This document shows, in pieces, positions 37,201 through 47,750 of a DNA stretch of 64,000 bases. The notes beneath the pieces are model-generated. The model was not told where the DNA came from, did not search any database, and was given only the letters and a program-made list of their open reading frames with translations. The stretch lies in contig OZ037765.1 in the NCBI GenBank assembly GCA_964035545.1, positions 4,722,698 through 4,786,697 on the forward strand, read 5' to 3'. The DNA comes from Bugula neritina (taxonomy: Eukaryota > Animalia > Bryozoa). Made by a program: the position numbers and the translations under genes. Position 1 is the first letter of the stretch, and each line of letters opens with the position of its first letter.

Positions 37201-37807
37201 CATGGATCGATCTCAGCGAGATAGATACATAGAGAGCTGGTGAATTAAAGCAAGTCTCTACAAACCACTGCTCTTTCTTACTAAGAATCTTGCTGACCCA
37301 AACTGCTGCACTATTTAATTTTATTCAAATATGATGAAATGATTACAAAGGAATCTATCAACAGTATTCAGATTTATTGATCTGCTGTAAACTATCTAAT
37401 GAAGTTTAAAGAGTTTGTTATTCACTCGTTACTTCTACATCATATATCCAGCTTTACTGGCGATGTTCAACCTGAAAAAAAAACTTGTACTCTTCACTTT
37501 TTTTAAACCAACTTGAAAACTCGAAACAATATTGGATGAATTTCAGGTGAATGACCAACGACCTATTACCGTAACATCTACTCACACATGTATATATGTA
37601 TATAATCCTGTTATGTTGTAGACTGGAGAAAAGTGTATATACTTGGAGATGATAAGAGACCTTCTGTCCAGCAGTGTAGGCAATGTACATGCTCACAAAG
37701 TGTCAGCTTTGGATACAGTTAGCGAGCATACGAGACACTCCAAGGAGGCAGTGCGCAACTCAGCATTACGCTGCCTTGTTGTACTGGCAGATGTTGCCCG
37801 CAGCTAA
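22847..37807 (+). CDS. MMS19 paralog (copy 2), N-terminal half only, ~482 aa: exons 22847-22982, 31380-31428, 31588-31771, 32232-32376, 32666-32791, 32896-32978, 34271-34432, 34745-34900, 35401-35458, 35950-36113, 37622-37807 (TAA); terminal-exon homolog from 38159
   Basis: Eleven exons align to copy 1 with intact splice sites and phases; indels before the stop are multiples of 3; AAA>TAA in exon 11. Functional gene or recent pseudogene cannot be decided from sequence alone. Confidence 0.7.
23051..23737 (-). repeat. 3' LTR
   Basis: Matches 29698-30384; only one substitution noticed (ctaTaacg vs ctaCaacg). Confidence 0.96.
23738..23745 (-). other. Polypurine tract GGGGAGGA
   Basis: Immediately precedes the TG of the 3' LTR on the minus strand. 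Confidence 0.8.
24564..28577 (-). CDS. 1337-aa Gag-Env polyprotein: coiled coil, Ty3/gypsy-type capsid, RGG region, internal signal-like segments, class III viral fusion glycoprotein, TM anchor and tail
   Basis: Capsid-like KFKG..WELFLEKWE..LEGGA..SYKSLRERL..SVLEY..FITGL; Cys-rich ectodomain with AYQC..VSRSEC (rhabdovirus-G-like) and ARYLLG..IRAESGPGFLKIYPCTEI / C..FIPV..GFMDP (gB/chuvirus-G-like); NxT sites; C-terminal TM. No PR, RT, RNase H or IN motifs. Confidence 0.85.
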   Translation of the reverse strand: MSTGTVTTATTTVTTSVSTITTPGSATNVATGLDTPTLSQDSTREGAHALVELSERRLPMNPHEIAKFYELEYKKLVEEQEKQKDVWRYEQEQWRQYQQTKEHELAEQFQHLEVERQEQARRRYEMEESFEIQRRKFYEEQSAVQEQQQNEFLEREHRLTIQQQKLQQQLEDFRNLTLGQRSTNDANVMPEPTPPPRTRLPPPVTPRKTSRRQLHEQPAPTPTNTTLEFTSSYPHIANQRSPKPHNSPIQSLAETPSEHSIGVADAGKFHNSPIILREPPQNIKFKGTPGSSWELFLEKWEKNIKKLQLSDYQMAQNLPDALEGGAYQVFKAVVAKEPTLAISYKSLRERLCKEFVDSSKLVWNIKMGKKSVLEYYGEFMEAANTQWPDLSLEHKDSVLVSAFITGLRPGLKRHLLSKNPTTVESARKLALKQENVEHQMGDDTQRIVATVNSSDSVQKLEKEVEWLKTLVHNQAKEQRQPQYQQHQQQSQGFGMRNDRGRGGGWRGTTNRGRGRGRYFNQGKPQPYYQSSPRYPHPPAQLPSCPPQPPSHQQPQRNQCSGQQSKTKDYSGTRHINAIESLEGDEFAEALLTQPPQEDIAEESVNSIQTSPNEFISDRKPKRKRSRGRGTGLSTMQTYMLALVAMCMLISVAAATAPVKGTALLGPAVASQTLTSILSVLVLTAVVNALSNTTVFNTTQKAQPQYARYPLVCSSSEVRRPSIHQLNHDFQCDPTPRPNSTHAPTPVKATVYRKNVVEWRTAAYQCTKMLYTISTQISLFTDVKTKKEYHRSLPVSRSECENMVLEKRCNEGALSGSDGAYTTKNKAAGLAYVWCCKWHHFEVKQCSYISASVYKTFGKSSFESTAGDVSHCNSYSDGYCKLRDQSMLIWETEREANCPYEEWYEVEGSFLDGYFVSDQEDLALTFRKNPFENITTCDGKSGTMSDQGLLVVFNTSDLFNTTLTQHVEKAPGLEWDRRSRLSPAYAVMDAIAQSLEVQILGIESKLYWTSYQYTCKNIVQVLKTVALLAEQHATSTARYLLGVSNIRAESGPGFLKIYPCTEIKSYKMLPMSENNCTMFIPVELELSGETHTGFMDPMDNIIHTQSAQAPCTSKPAIAFRMNDELFWYNQDGTVEKVNLGEDLSLPGISLGAHPLKIHETIYSRAHHLSWPDLSAHSDLNELLATLSRQKQVLEAMGIQSNRHVSFKNNVIESKENLIGNSWFAFLFGGHVASAFELWTLISNCLVTILSIALLGIFLYNRCCQRRRNIVAAIDIEDTEDTSDNDVEAGEQDGFLDASDQTSFTEFVDMVEVDTRPTPSAPSPASSIQQYRPLYPKLQ
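29680..29697 (-). other. Primer-binding-site-like sequence TTT-TGGAGGAGGCACTGG
   Basis: Starts with TGG 3 nt after the 5' LTR; its complement ends ...GUGCCUCCUCCA. Confidence 0.6.
29698..30384 (-). repeat. 5' LTR
   Basis: Direct repeat of 23051-23737. Confidence 0.96.
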
Positions 37808-39506
37808 CTACAAGAAGTCTGTCAGCCATTGTTACTTGTTAGACGTGGTCACGAATTCTGAGTCTATCTCTGTAAGGTAATTTGTACTGTCAGTGTGGTA
37901 CTAGTAGTAGTACTAGTAATAGTAGTGGTAGGAGTAGTAGTGGTAGTAGTAGTAATAGTAGTAGCAGTAGTACTAGTGGTAGTAGTAGTAATAGTAGTAG
38001 CAGTAGTACTAGTGGTAGTAGTAGTAGTAGAAGTACTAGTGGTAGTAGTAATAGTGGTAGTAGTAGTAGGAGTAATAGTAGTAGTGGTAGTAGTAATAAT
38101 CACAATACTAACAATCAGGTAATCCAGTGCATTGAGTGATGTGTGTTTTCAATTCTAGGTGCATGGTCAACAATAGACACATAAGTTATCACTGTTTACT
38201 TTCACTCATTGTAATATTTTCATTTTTTTACAATTTTCAGAACTATAAGTATTTTTTCCCCATTAATCATAGTTGCATTGATTAAACTTTTTGATAGACC
38301 GATTCACCTTTTCTAGTTTTGATCTGGAAATATTAGAGTAATTTTCATGATGGCTGTTCACTTTTAGTTCCTATTTTGTACACTTGTAAAAAGTTAATCA
38401 ATAAATTTCTTGCTCACTCTTGATTCATTATTTATACTTGAAAATAAAATTGTGTCTAAAGTTTCAATAAACTTTTCTTTTCAATTAAGAAGCTTAAAAC
38501 CACTCATTTGGTAATAGAAAACTCAATATTGGATATGAGAACATAACTCTTAGTGCGGGTGTGGAAAACTGTATTTTTCACTTGGCTGATTACAATTTTT
38601 TAACAAAATATGCTGTCAACAACTATTAATTTTGTAGAGTAAAAGTTATTGTTTGTATAGTTGCTAGTATATTGAGTAGTAGAGTTGTTGGTGTGATTGG
38701 TAGTGATATATAGTACAATGCTGTCACTATAGTATATAGTATACAGTTACTATAGTTGATAGCATACAGTTGCTAGTATAAGTGTTAGTCCTATGATTGA
38801 GCACAAAGGGTGACTCGTTACTCAATCGGCTGACTATTTAGAGGCCTCAATTTCACTGGTGATTCATAACTTGTAATCCACACGATGAGCCCAACCAAGC
38901 TGGTCACATATGCCACTGCTACCACCATGATGAAAGCCCACGTGCTTATTACGGGCCTGTCACTCTCCGCTCTTCCTCAAAAAAAGGAGACTATGCTAAA
39001 ATTTATCTTTCAACGTAGCATGTATTATGTTTGAGCAAAGCTGTTGGTCATTTCACCAATTTTCAGTTCATATATAAAATTCACATTAAGCCTGCAGAAA
39101 ATAAGTCAGCAAATACTAAAAAATAGTAATATTTTCCTAAAAAATATTTTCTATAAGTTGTGTTGTGTCAACTATAACATTATATCATACATATAATATT
39201 ATTATACTATATATGTTTTAACCAAAATATTTTAAGAGTTGATGCTAAAGAAAGTTAAAAATTTGAATGAATTATTTCTGCTTAAGTTCAACAAAGTTGC
39301 TGGTTGAAATAGTCAACACTTGCATATTCAGTTCAATACCATCTCATCTGTATTGTATCGTAGCATTATTGCTATACAGGTTTTAAGAGATAAAGCTTTG
39401 TAAAACTTTTTTGATGAAAAATTAATGTTTTGGACTCTCTCTTTACTAAGGAAAGAACATACCTGCCATACTTCCATTACTACAGACCAAAATACACGCA
39501 CTTCCT

Positions 39507-40330
39507 ATGTGCTTTTCAAGACAAGAAAAGCCGCCTGAACTTCATGACAACATACTTAAAGTTTTACAACAAGACTTTGAAACGGAAAACACAAGCCTTT
39601 CTATAGATGATAGAAAGTTAGAGAACGAAATCCACAAGAATGAAGCTGGATTTATAGCTTTGCCACTCCCATTGAAAACACTTCTACAATCTGCTAAATC
39701 ATCTAGAGCAGTTGCACTTCACCGGTTCAGCGAGTACAGGAAACAGTATACTGGTTTTATGATAAGTATCATTGACAGAGGTGAAGCAGAGCTTATACCA
39801 CAATTAGAAAAGGGAGAAGGATGATATTTACCTAACTTCATCCTAAAAAGCCTAACAAGATTAGAGTCGTTTTTGAGGCAAGTGCTAAAGCTAATGGCAT
39901 ATACCTCAAGGACCATCTACTTGAAGGACCAGCACATATGAACAGTTTGCATTAAAAAACTATATTATGTTATGTTATTATGGAATAATATTATATTTCA
40001 CAATTTTTATGTTGAACCGAAAAGCCATAGAAACTACCTTAAGTTTTTCTGGTTTTCTGAAGGGAAAGTAGTAGAATATCAAATGAGAGTGCAATTATCT
40101 CCAGCATGGGTTAAGACATCTTGCTGCTACTAGTGGAAACAATGATGTCCAAAGATTCATTCACAACATTTTTTATATCGACAATGGTTTTGTGGGTGTA
40201 AGTGGTGCAAAATTAGCCCAGCAGCTTATTCAGGAAGCAGTGAAAACTTGTAGCTGTGGTGGACTTCGACTTCACGAGTGTGTTTCTAACAGTTCAGAAG
40301 CTCTACAACAATTACCAGAATCTGAAAACT
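39507..40330 (+). mobile_element. Degraded BEL/Pao retrotransposon pol fragment
   Basis: LPLPLK..ALHRF..Y..FM..IIDRGEAE, then YLP..PKKPNKIRVVF and DHLLEGP in shifted frames. Confidence 0.75.
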
Positions 40331-43300
40331 ATCAATTTGGTGCGATTTGTTCATGTTTTTTTATGTTTATTCATGCAGGCAGACTGCTGTAAAGTATTCA
40401 ACTCTGAACACCTTAGACCTTTTACCAATATTATGACACAGCAATTGTTACGGGAAGCCATGCTCTCAAGTAGAACTGAGGAGCTGGCACTAGAGGCTAT
40501 CTCTGCCATCTGCAGCTGTTTAGCCAAACCGGTAGGTAATTGTTGGGACATGAGCTTGGAAAGCTTGTTGAATAATTACAGCTTTACTTGTATTATTACA
40601 GCTATGTTAGCTACATTATGGTTTTTTTTTCTATTGGGATGCAATGATTTTGGCTACTGCAAAATAGCTATCTTTTTAAACTGTTATGAAAGCTATTCAT
40701 TCTCTTTTCTTTCAGTCTGCGATAATAAACATACATCTATATATTGAAACACAGCAGTAATCATAAAAATATTCTTATGATTTAATTTTTTTCATCAAGC
40801 AGTCACTGAATTTTCGTTGCATTATTTAAATTGATGCTTATATGGTTGTGGTTTCTAAAAACGAGAGAAAAATTAGAAGCTTGGAAACGTAGCGATTAAA
40901 AGATATATCTTTATTCTCAGTCTTTAGTCCGCCATTTTTAAACTTTCTTAGACTTGAAACTTGCAACATATAAGGAGTTATAATATACAGTAAAATGTAG
41001 CTGCAGGTTAATGTACATTATGCTTTTCTCTATTGTGATACAATGATTCTCGCTACTGCAAAATAGCTGACTTTGTAGAACGTATAAAACTCATCACTTT
41101 TCATTATTCATTCTCTTTTCTTTCAGTCTGTGGTAATGAGCATACATCTATATATTAAAACACAGCAGTAATATGAAAATAGTTTTATGTTTTACCTTCT
41201 TCATCAAGTAGTGACTGCATTTTCGTTGCATATTATGCAAATTGATGCTTATATGGTTGTGGTTTCTAACAAGCTTGGAAACATAGCGATTAAAAGATAT
41301 ATCTGCATTCTCAGTTGAGTTTTATGATGGTAAGTCTGTCGTGTGCTATTTTTAAATTTTCTTAGACTTGAAACTAGTGAAATAAAAGTTAGTCTTGGAA
41401 AGAAATTATGTTTGATTTACTGCTCACAAAATTTATTTGCGTGTTGTAAGGTAGACGTTAAATTGTTTCAAATTTCCTTGTTGTGACTACTAAGTTGTTG
41501 AACCTGTTTTGTTGGATCCTCTCTGTTATGTTACAGATTGATGGAGTCACTGTGTACACAGATGTTGATGACTTCTGTACATCATAAGAGATCTTTTGTC
41601 CAGCAGTGTAGGCAATGTATATTCTCACAAAGTGTCAGCTTTGGATACGGTCATCGAGCATATGAGACACTCCAAGGAGGCAGTGTGTGAGTCAGCGTTA
41701 CGCTGCCTTGCTGAACTGGCAGATGCTGCCGGCAGCAAACTATATGAAGTCACGCAGCCATTGTTAGACATGGCCACCAATTCTGAGTCTACTGCTCTAA
41801 GGTAATTTGTACTGTCAGTGTGGTACTGATGATAGTACTGGTAGCAGTAGTACTAGTGGTAGGAGTAATAGTGGTAGTGGTAGTAGTAGTAATACTAGTG
41901 GTAGTAGTAGTTGTGGTGGTAGTCATAGTAATAGTAATAGCGGTAGTGGTAGTAGCGGAAGCAACAGCAGTACTAGCAGCAGTAGTAATAATAGTAGTAC
42001 TAGCAGTAAAATTAGTTAAGGTAGTAGAAGTCTTATTAGTCATAGGACCAGCTGCAGAATTTTAATTCATGATAGCGGCATCATTTACTAGGCATGAAAC
42101 TCAGTAGTAGGAGTTGTCTTCTGCCGCCAGGTCACTACTCTAATGTGTTTTGTATGTAGAAATACGTCCAGCCTTTGCCTAGCTGCTCTCTGTAAGCACA
42201 ATGAAGAGGCCAGAGATGAAGTGATATATAAAGCCCTTCGCTCACCTCTCGTAGAGGTTCATACATTGGAGTTGTCTACTCTGAATATTCTAGATGCTAT
42301 AGTCGCACAATGCAGCTCTGATGTACGTCTGTATGTGCTAACGCAGCTACACATCTCCTTTGAACAGTGTCCACCAGGTAAAATCTTGTTTTACCTCATT
42401 TGTTTTCTCCTGCAACTAAATTAAACTGAGGAAGCTTAAAATAACTTTTTGTTATAATCAACAAAACTGAGTGTTACTTCCCTCACTATATTTGTAGTCC
42501 TCTAGGGTTAAAGGATAAGTTCAATTCTACTTTCAACATGCTTATAAAAGTAGTTCTCCTTTGCTAATTTTAACTGTTCATCCAAATGTTGAAGTTGTAT
42601 GCCCTCTTCAGAGTTCAATTGTAAATGAATAATATTTAACTGTTCAATTTAATAAAACCATACAGTTTGTAACTGATTCATCTTTCAAATAAGTTCTTCG
42701 TTTTTCAACATACCTGCTGTGTAGTTGTTGTGAGCTATTGGTATGAAATACTGATAACTACAGGTTATATTGGTAAGCATACTCATCATTCTATTACTGT
42801 CCACTGCTACTAACTAACTGTTTGCAGCAAGTACGCATCTCCTCACTGAAGTGTCTAGCCACCATGTCTAAACTGACCACCCTCCTCATCGTACCTCACA
42901 TGAACTCTGTCATCAAGCAACTCCTTCCTGCCCTTGATGATAAGAAACGTCTAGTCAGAAAAGAAGCTGTCAAAACTAGAAATATTTGGTAAGATTTTAT
43001 CATTACACTCTCCTATTTCCCCACTTCGTCATCAACTTAATGTTTTCATTAATATTGAGGTGCAGTAGGTTCATTTCTTGTTGGTCGCCTTGTGCTCTTT
43101 TTTAAAATGCACAAATATGGATATTGTTGTTATATAAAAGACACTTTAAGCTGAATTTACCAAACTGTATGTGGGTGTGTAGTGTAATAAACTATTTTCA
43201 CGTTTCCAAGTATCTAAAAATCTAGGTCTATTTCAATATTAACAATCAATTTATTCCATGTTTGTTACTTTAGTAGTTGTGTGTTTTCAATTCTAGGTGC

Positions 43301-43345
43301 ATGGTTAGAGATGGAAATGAATCTCACTGAAGAGAATTTTTCTAA
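40330..43345 (+). pseudogene. MMS19 copy 3, internally deleted: exon 8, exon 9 fused into exon 11, exon 12, then exons 20-21
   Basis: Highly similar to copy 1 including introns; no 5' exons; deletion junctions at ~41584 and ~42380-42420. Confidence 0.88.
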
Positions 43346-43637
43346 TTGTTACCAAATTAATACTTTGGGTGAACAAATGTACTGACTTTGGTAAAGTAAA
43401 AACTCATAAACGGCATGGCTACCTCCAAACAGAAGCAACTACTGCTTCCAGTAAAATTACGTTACCACTAATAAACCCTAAAATTGCTTCACCCACTTGA
43501 TCTGTGCCTAATTTATTTATAATTATGACATTATCTTGGGCCTAAAATTTTTTGAAAACACATTCACAAGTATAAAACATTAGAACAAAGTTTTCCAATT
43601 ACTATTTTAGAAAACGAAGTGTCGGAAATGTTGAGTA

Positions 43638-45355
43638 CCGTAAAATGGGGTAACATTGGCCGTTTTGAGACAAATTTTGGGTGTCATATGAAAGGATTAC
43701 AATATTCTTTAAAATTTTTGGATGCTAAATGAAGCTTATCAACATATGCACTAAATGAAAGAACCTTTTGCAGTTTGGGACTGCTAGATCTCCTGTGGTA
43801 TTAAAAAAAGTAGGTGGCCAAAGTTACCCTATTTTCGGGGTAACTTTGGCCGGTGTCGTTATTCTCCATGTAGCTAAAGTTAGCAGCACTTGGAGCTTTT
43901 TTAGCCAGTTAGAAATTAAAGAACAACATTATTCAACTTCATTACTACAAAAAAAAATTATTTTAGACAAAATGCAAGCTATAATAGTGTAATTATTGCA
44001 TTGAAACCACAGCTATTCGACGTACATTGTTATTAAGTGTAAAAACTTTTGTATATGTATAAAAAATCAGGTATTTTGCTGGCAACATTGAATAAATCAC
44101 TGTACAAGTTCAAATTTCATTGAATTTAATTTTAAATTCAAGTATGCCCTTTCAAACTATAGGCTGTAACAGTTGTCTGTAGATTTTTTAAATAATGCGT
44201 AATGTCTTCAGAATTAACTGTTGCCCATTCCGGTGCTATGTTTTGGCACAACCTGTGAGACAAGCTATCTTTATGTCTTGACATAAAACTGAGACTCCAG
44301 TGATCTTGAGGGTAGTTGCTTTTGAAATGTTGCACTCTTCTCTCACATTTGTCAAAATAGGTCTTGACTATTATTCGAAAGTCTGTTTTATCTAATGGAA
44401 AGCCCCATTGAGCCAGCTTTGTAGTAGGTATGGTCAACAATGGCTACCTCCTCTACTTGTGAAAACACAGTTTGGCGTCCAGGCTTCAGCTTGTGTCTTC
44501 ATGCGGCTCTGTTTTGTAGTGTTCCTTTAGTAATATCATATTTCTAGCCACTTCTTGTCAAGACTTTCCAGCTGCCAATTCTTGTGAATAAAGCAAAACC
44601 AATGATCTCCTCAGATATGCCATATCTTGGAGATATTACTTTTCTTTAATATTTTCTGAGTATAATTGTCTTGAAAAATACATTTTACAATGCATGGTCA
44701 AATTCTTAAATAAAAAAAAACATTAAACACAAAATTGCTGTCTGGGAACAAAAATGTATAATTCCCCATGTAATTATTTCATATTTCGGACTCTAAGTTG
44801 TTTCAAATATATAACTAGAGCATTGGGTATAGGTGAATCAAATGATTGTGCCTTTAGAGAGTAATGTACTATGTGTCTGAAGGAACAGAAAATTCGCAGC
44901 GCTGCCAGAAACCTACTTTGGAGTACCATTTAGTCATGGCCAAAGTTACCCCAAATTCGTCAAAAATTGTACACAGTGAATTCAAGACACATATTTTAAT
45001 TTTGAATTTCAATTTATTTACCTAAATTACAAATATCCTGGTTAAATACTTACCAAAGTTCTTTAATACAAAAAAGAAAATGAGTCCAGCTTTTCTAATG
45101 CCTTCAAATAAATTAAAGTTGGACAGCGCTGAAAATCTTGTTGTCAAACAGGAAATTGAAAATGGCTGACAGCAAGAAGCAGCAAATAAGTATATGAATT
45201 ATTTTTCAGGAATAGGATGCACCAATCTGCAGTCAGTGCATATATACAATTAAAATATCTTTAGACTTCATAGATATAGCACCAGCTACATTTTAAACAT
45301 TTTTTCCAAAGTGGCCAAAGTTACCCCAAGTGGCTAAAGTTACCCCATTTTACGG
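43638..45355 (-). mobile_element. Non-autonomous pogo-like (Tc1/mariner superfamily) DNA transposon
   Basis: TIR CCGTAAAATGGGGTAAC at both ends, TA TSD, repeated subterminal GGCCAAAGTTACCC motifs, CENP-B-type HTH remnant (WGFPL..W...FMSRH) at 44138-44440, no DDE domain. Confidence 0.88.
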
Positions 45356-45735
45356 TAGTTAAAACTTTTTATTAGCAAAACTGAATTTTCAGCTATAAAA
45401 CTTTTTAATCAAAATTCTGAGGCTCTACACTCATAAAATAAAAATTATGATACTAAAAGAAAGCGAAAGTCTGAACCTCTGCAGCCTTCTTTTCATCAGT
45501 TCTAACACATTCATTACTTTCACTTCTTGCCCTATGCTTTTATTATTTTTGTGTTCTTCGAGAGTAATTCCTAGGCAGTAACACGGCATTCTCATCTCCC
45601 ACACTAGCTTTTTTCGCAAGGTAATCAGTCACTGGCCATGTTTCAGCTTTGTACAGTAGCACCGGTCGTATCACTGTCTTGTAAATGAGCACCTTTTGTT
45701 TTTTTGGGACATTCTGGTCACATAAACATCACTGT

Positions 45736-47750
45736 TTATGCCAATGCTTTTGTTTTCACAATGCCTTGATGTGACTTGTGTATTTTTTGCAAAATTTCTG
45801 TTTGTTTTGACATTGATACTATCAGCTTTGAACCAGCAAATAGAAATTCATCACAAATTCTAATTTTATTACGCCATGGCCAATATTTTCTCTGAGCAAA
45901 ACTACATGATTTTTCATCTGGAGGCCATCTATTAATTACAATCAGTTTGAGTGCCTGTAATTCTCCGTCTTTTAAAACTGCTTGTTTGTATTTTACTTTA
46001 GCTTTATCAGAACAAAATATGACTTTAGGCAAATTTTTCATAGAAAGAAATTCAGCAACATTTACAAATGTCCCTACATTGGGCTAGGATGCTTTACTTA
46101 GCATATCTTTGTTCACCTGCCTGGGATCTAAACTAAGTCCTATTTGACTGTTGAGCTTTTTGTCATTACAGCGAGTGAACCCAAACCCAAAGTGTAAAAT
46201 TTTCAGACTGTCTAATGATTGTCGTGAGACTTAACTTAAACTCAGCTGCTTCTACAATAAAGAAACTGCAAAAATTAAAAACAGTATATATTATCGCGAT
46301 TATCGCTTTGCTCTCTAGCGCTGACTAGTGAGGAACAATGCATCAACCGTGAAAGATTAATTTTAGCATCGCCCATAGATAAGTGTTTGAGTTGAGTTAA
46401 ATCAAGCATCGTCAGGAAATAACTTGGTAGTTCTGCATAATTTTTCACACACAATCTCATTAGTTTTTTTCCAAATTCATTAACCTTCAGCTGGTTATAA
46501 CAGTCTTGAGAAAGAAAACTATTAGAGATATCGAGGACTTCTACATCATTTAAATTTTCTTCGATGGTGTCCAACCATGAATCGTAGTAGCACTAGTCGT
46601 ATTACTGTCTTGTAAATGAGCACCTTTTGTTTCTTTGGGACTTTCTGGTCACATAAACATCACTGTCTATGCCAATGCTTTTGTTTTCACAATGCCTTGA
46701 TGTGACTTGTGTACTTTTTTCAAAATTTCTGTTTGTTGTGACATTGGTACTATCAGCTTTGAACGAGCAAATAGAAATTCATCACAAAATCCAATTTTAT
46801 TACGCCATGGCCAATATTTTCTCCGAGCAAAACTACATGATTTTTCATCTGGAGGCCATCTATTAATTACAATCAGTTTGAGTGCCTGTAATTCTCTGTC
46901 TCTTAAAACTGCTTGTTTGTATTCTGCTTTAGCTTTATCAGAACAAAATATGACTTCAGGCAAATTTTCCATAAGAAGAAATTCAGCAACATTTACAAAT
47001 GTCCCTACATTGGGTTAGGATGCTTTATTTAGCATATTTTTGTTCACCTGCCTGGGATCTAAACTAAGTCCTATTTGATTGTTAGGCTTTTTGTCATTAC
47101 AGCGGGTGAACCCAAACCTGCAGGTTCATTGCATTTTTGAATAACTTCTAACTTTTCAAGTTCACCCAAGCTCTGTTTTTAGCTTTAGTTTTACATTTAT
47201 GGGAACAGGCCCACTACTGCCAACTACTGGCTTAGCCTCAGGTCTTAACAATTTTTCAAATTTTCAAATTGAACTGAAGAACTGCATGAAAAAAATTTAA
47301 CATTGCTACATGCTAATGTTATCATTAAACATGCAGGGTCCCTCATTAACATCTGTAGTAGCATCTGGTACTTGTACAGTGTTAGTTGTAGGTTTCGTTA
47401 TAGCTTCAGATCTACATACCTTAGGAAAGTGACTAAATTTGCCGCATTTGTTACATGATTTTCCATACGCTGAGCAGTGTCTCCTGCTGTGACTAGACCC
47501 GCAGCTATGGCAGTTGTTCATAATATCCATTGTATGCTTTTTTGGCTGAAAATTATTTGAGTAGCTCTTTTTTTTTATCGCATCTACATTTGCTGGTTGC
47601 TCTGGTGCAGCACTCGCAAGGTTTCTCTGTATTATCTCTTTGGCTCTCTTGCGTCAACTGCTCTTCTGTCAGTTGCTGTAGCTCAATTGACAGAGCCTTG
47701 TTTTTATCCCTGTCAGCAATCTGTATTTAATGTTATCATTTACCACATTG
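45736..47750 (-). mobile_element. Fragments of a Mag-like Ty3/gypsy element (integrase N-terminal region, gag zinc knuckles); recopied at 49379-50260, 52566-54003, 55489-56175, 57213-57497
   Basis: ELQALK..RWP..YWPWRN..LIVP..ILQKIHKSHQGIVKTKALA and CHSCGSSH..CSAYGKSCNKCGKFSHFAKVC. Confidence 0.82.

Noticed and set aside
37864-38139. Poly-Thr/Val/Ser ORFs (also ~12030 and ~41800)
   Set aside because: Translations of (GTA)n microsatellites.
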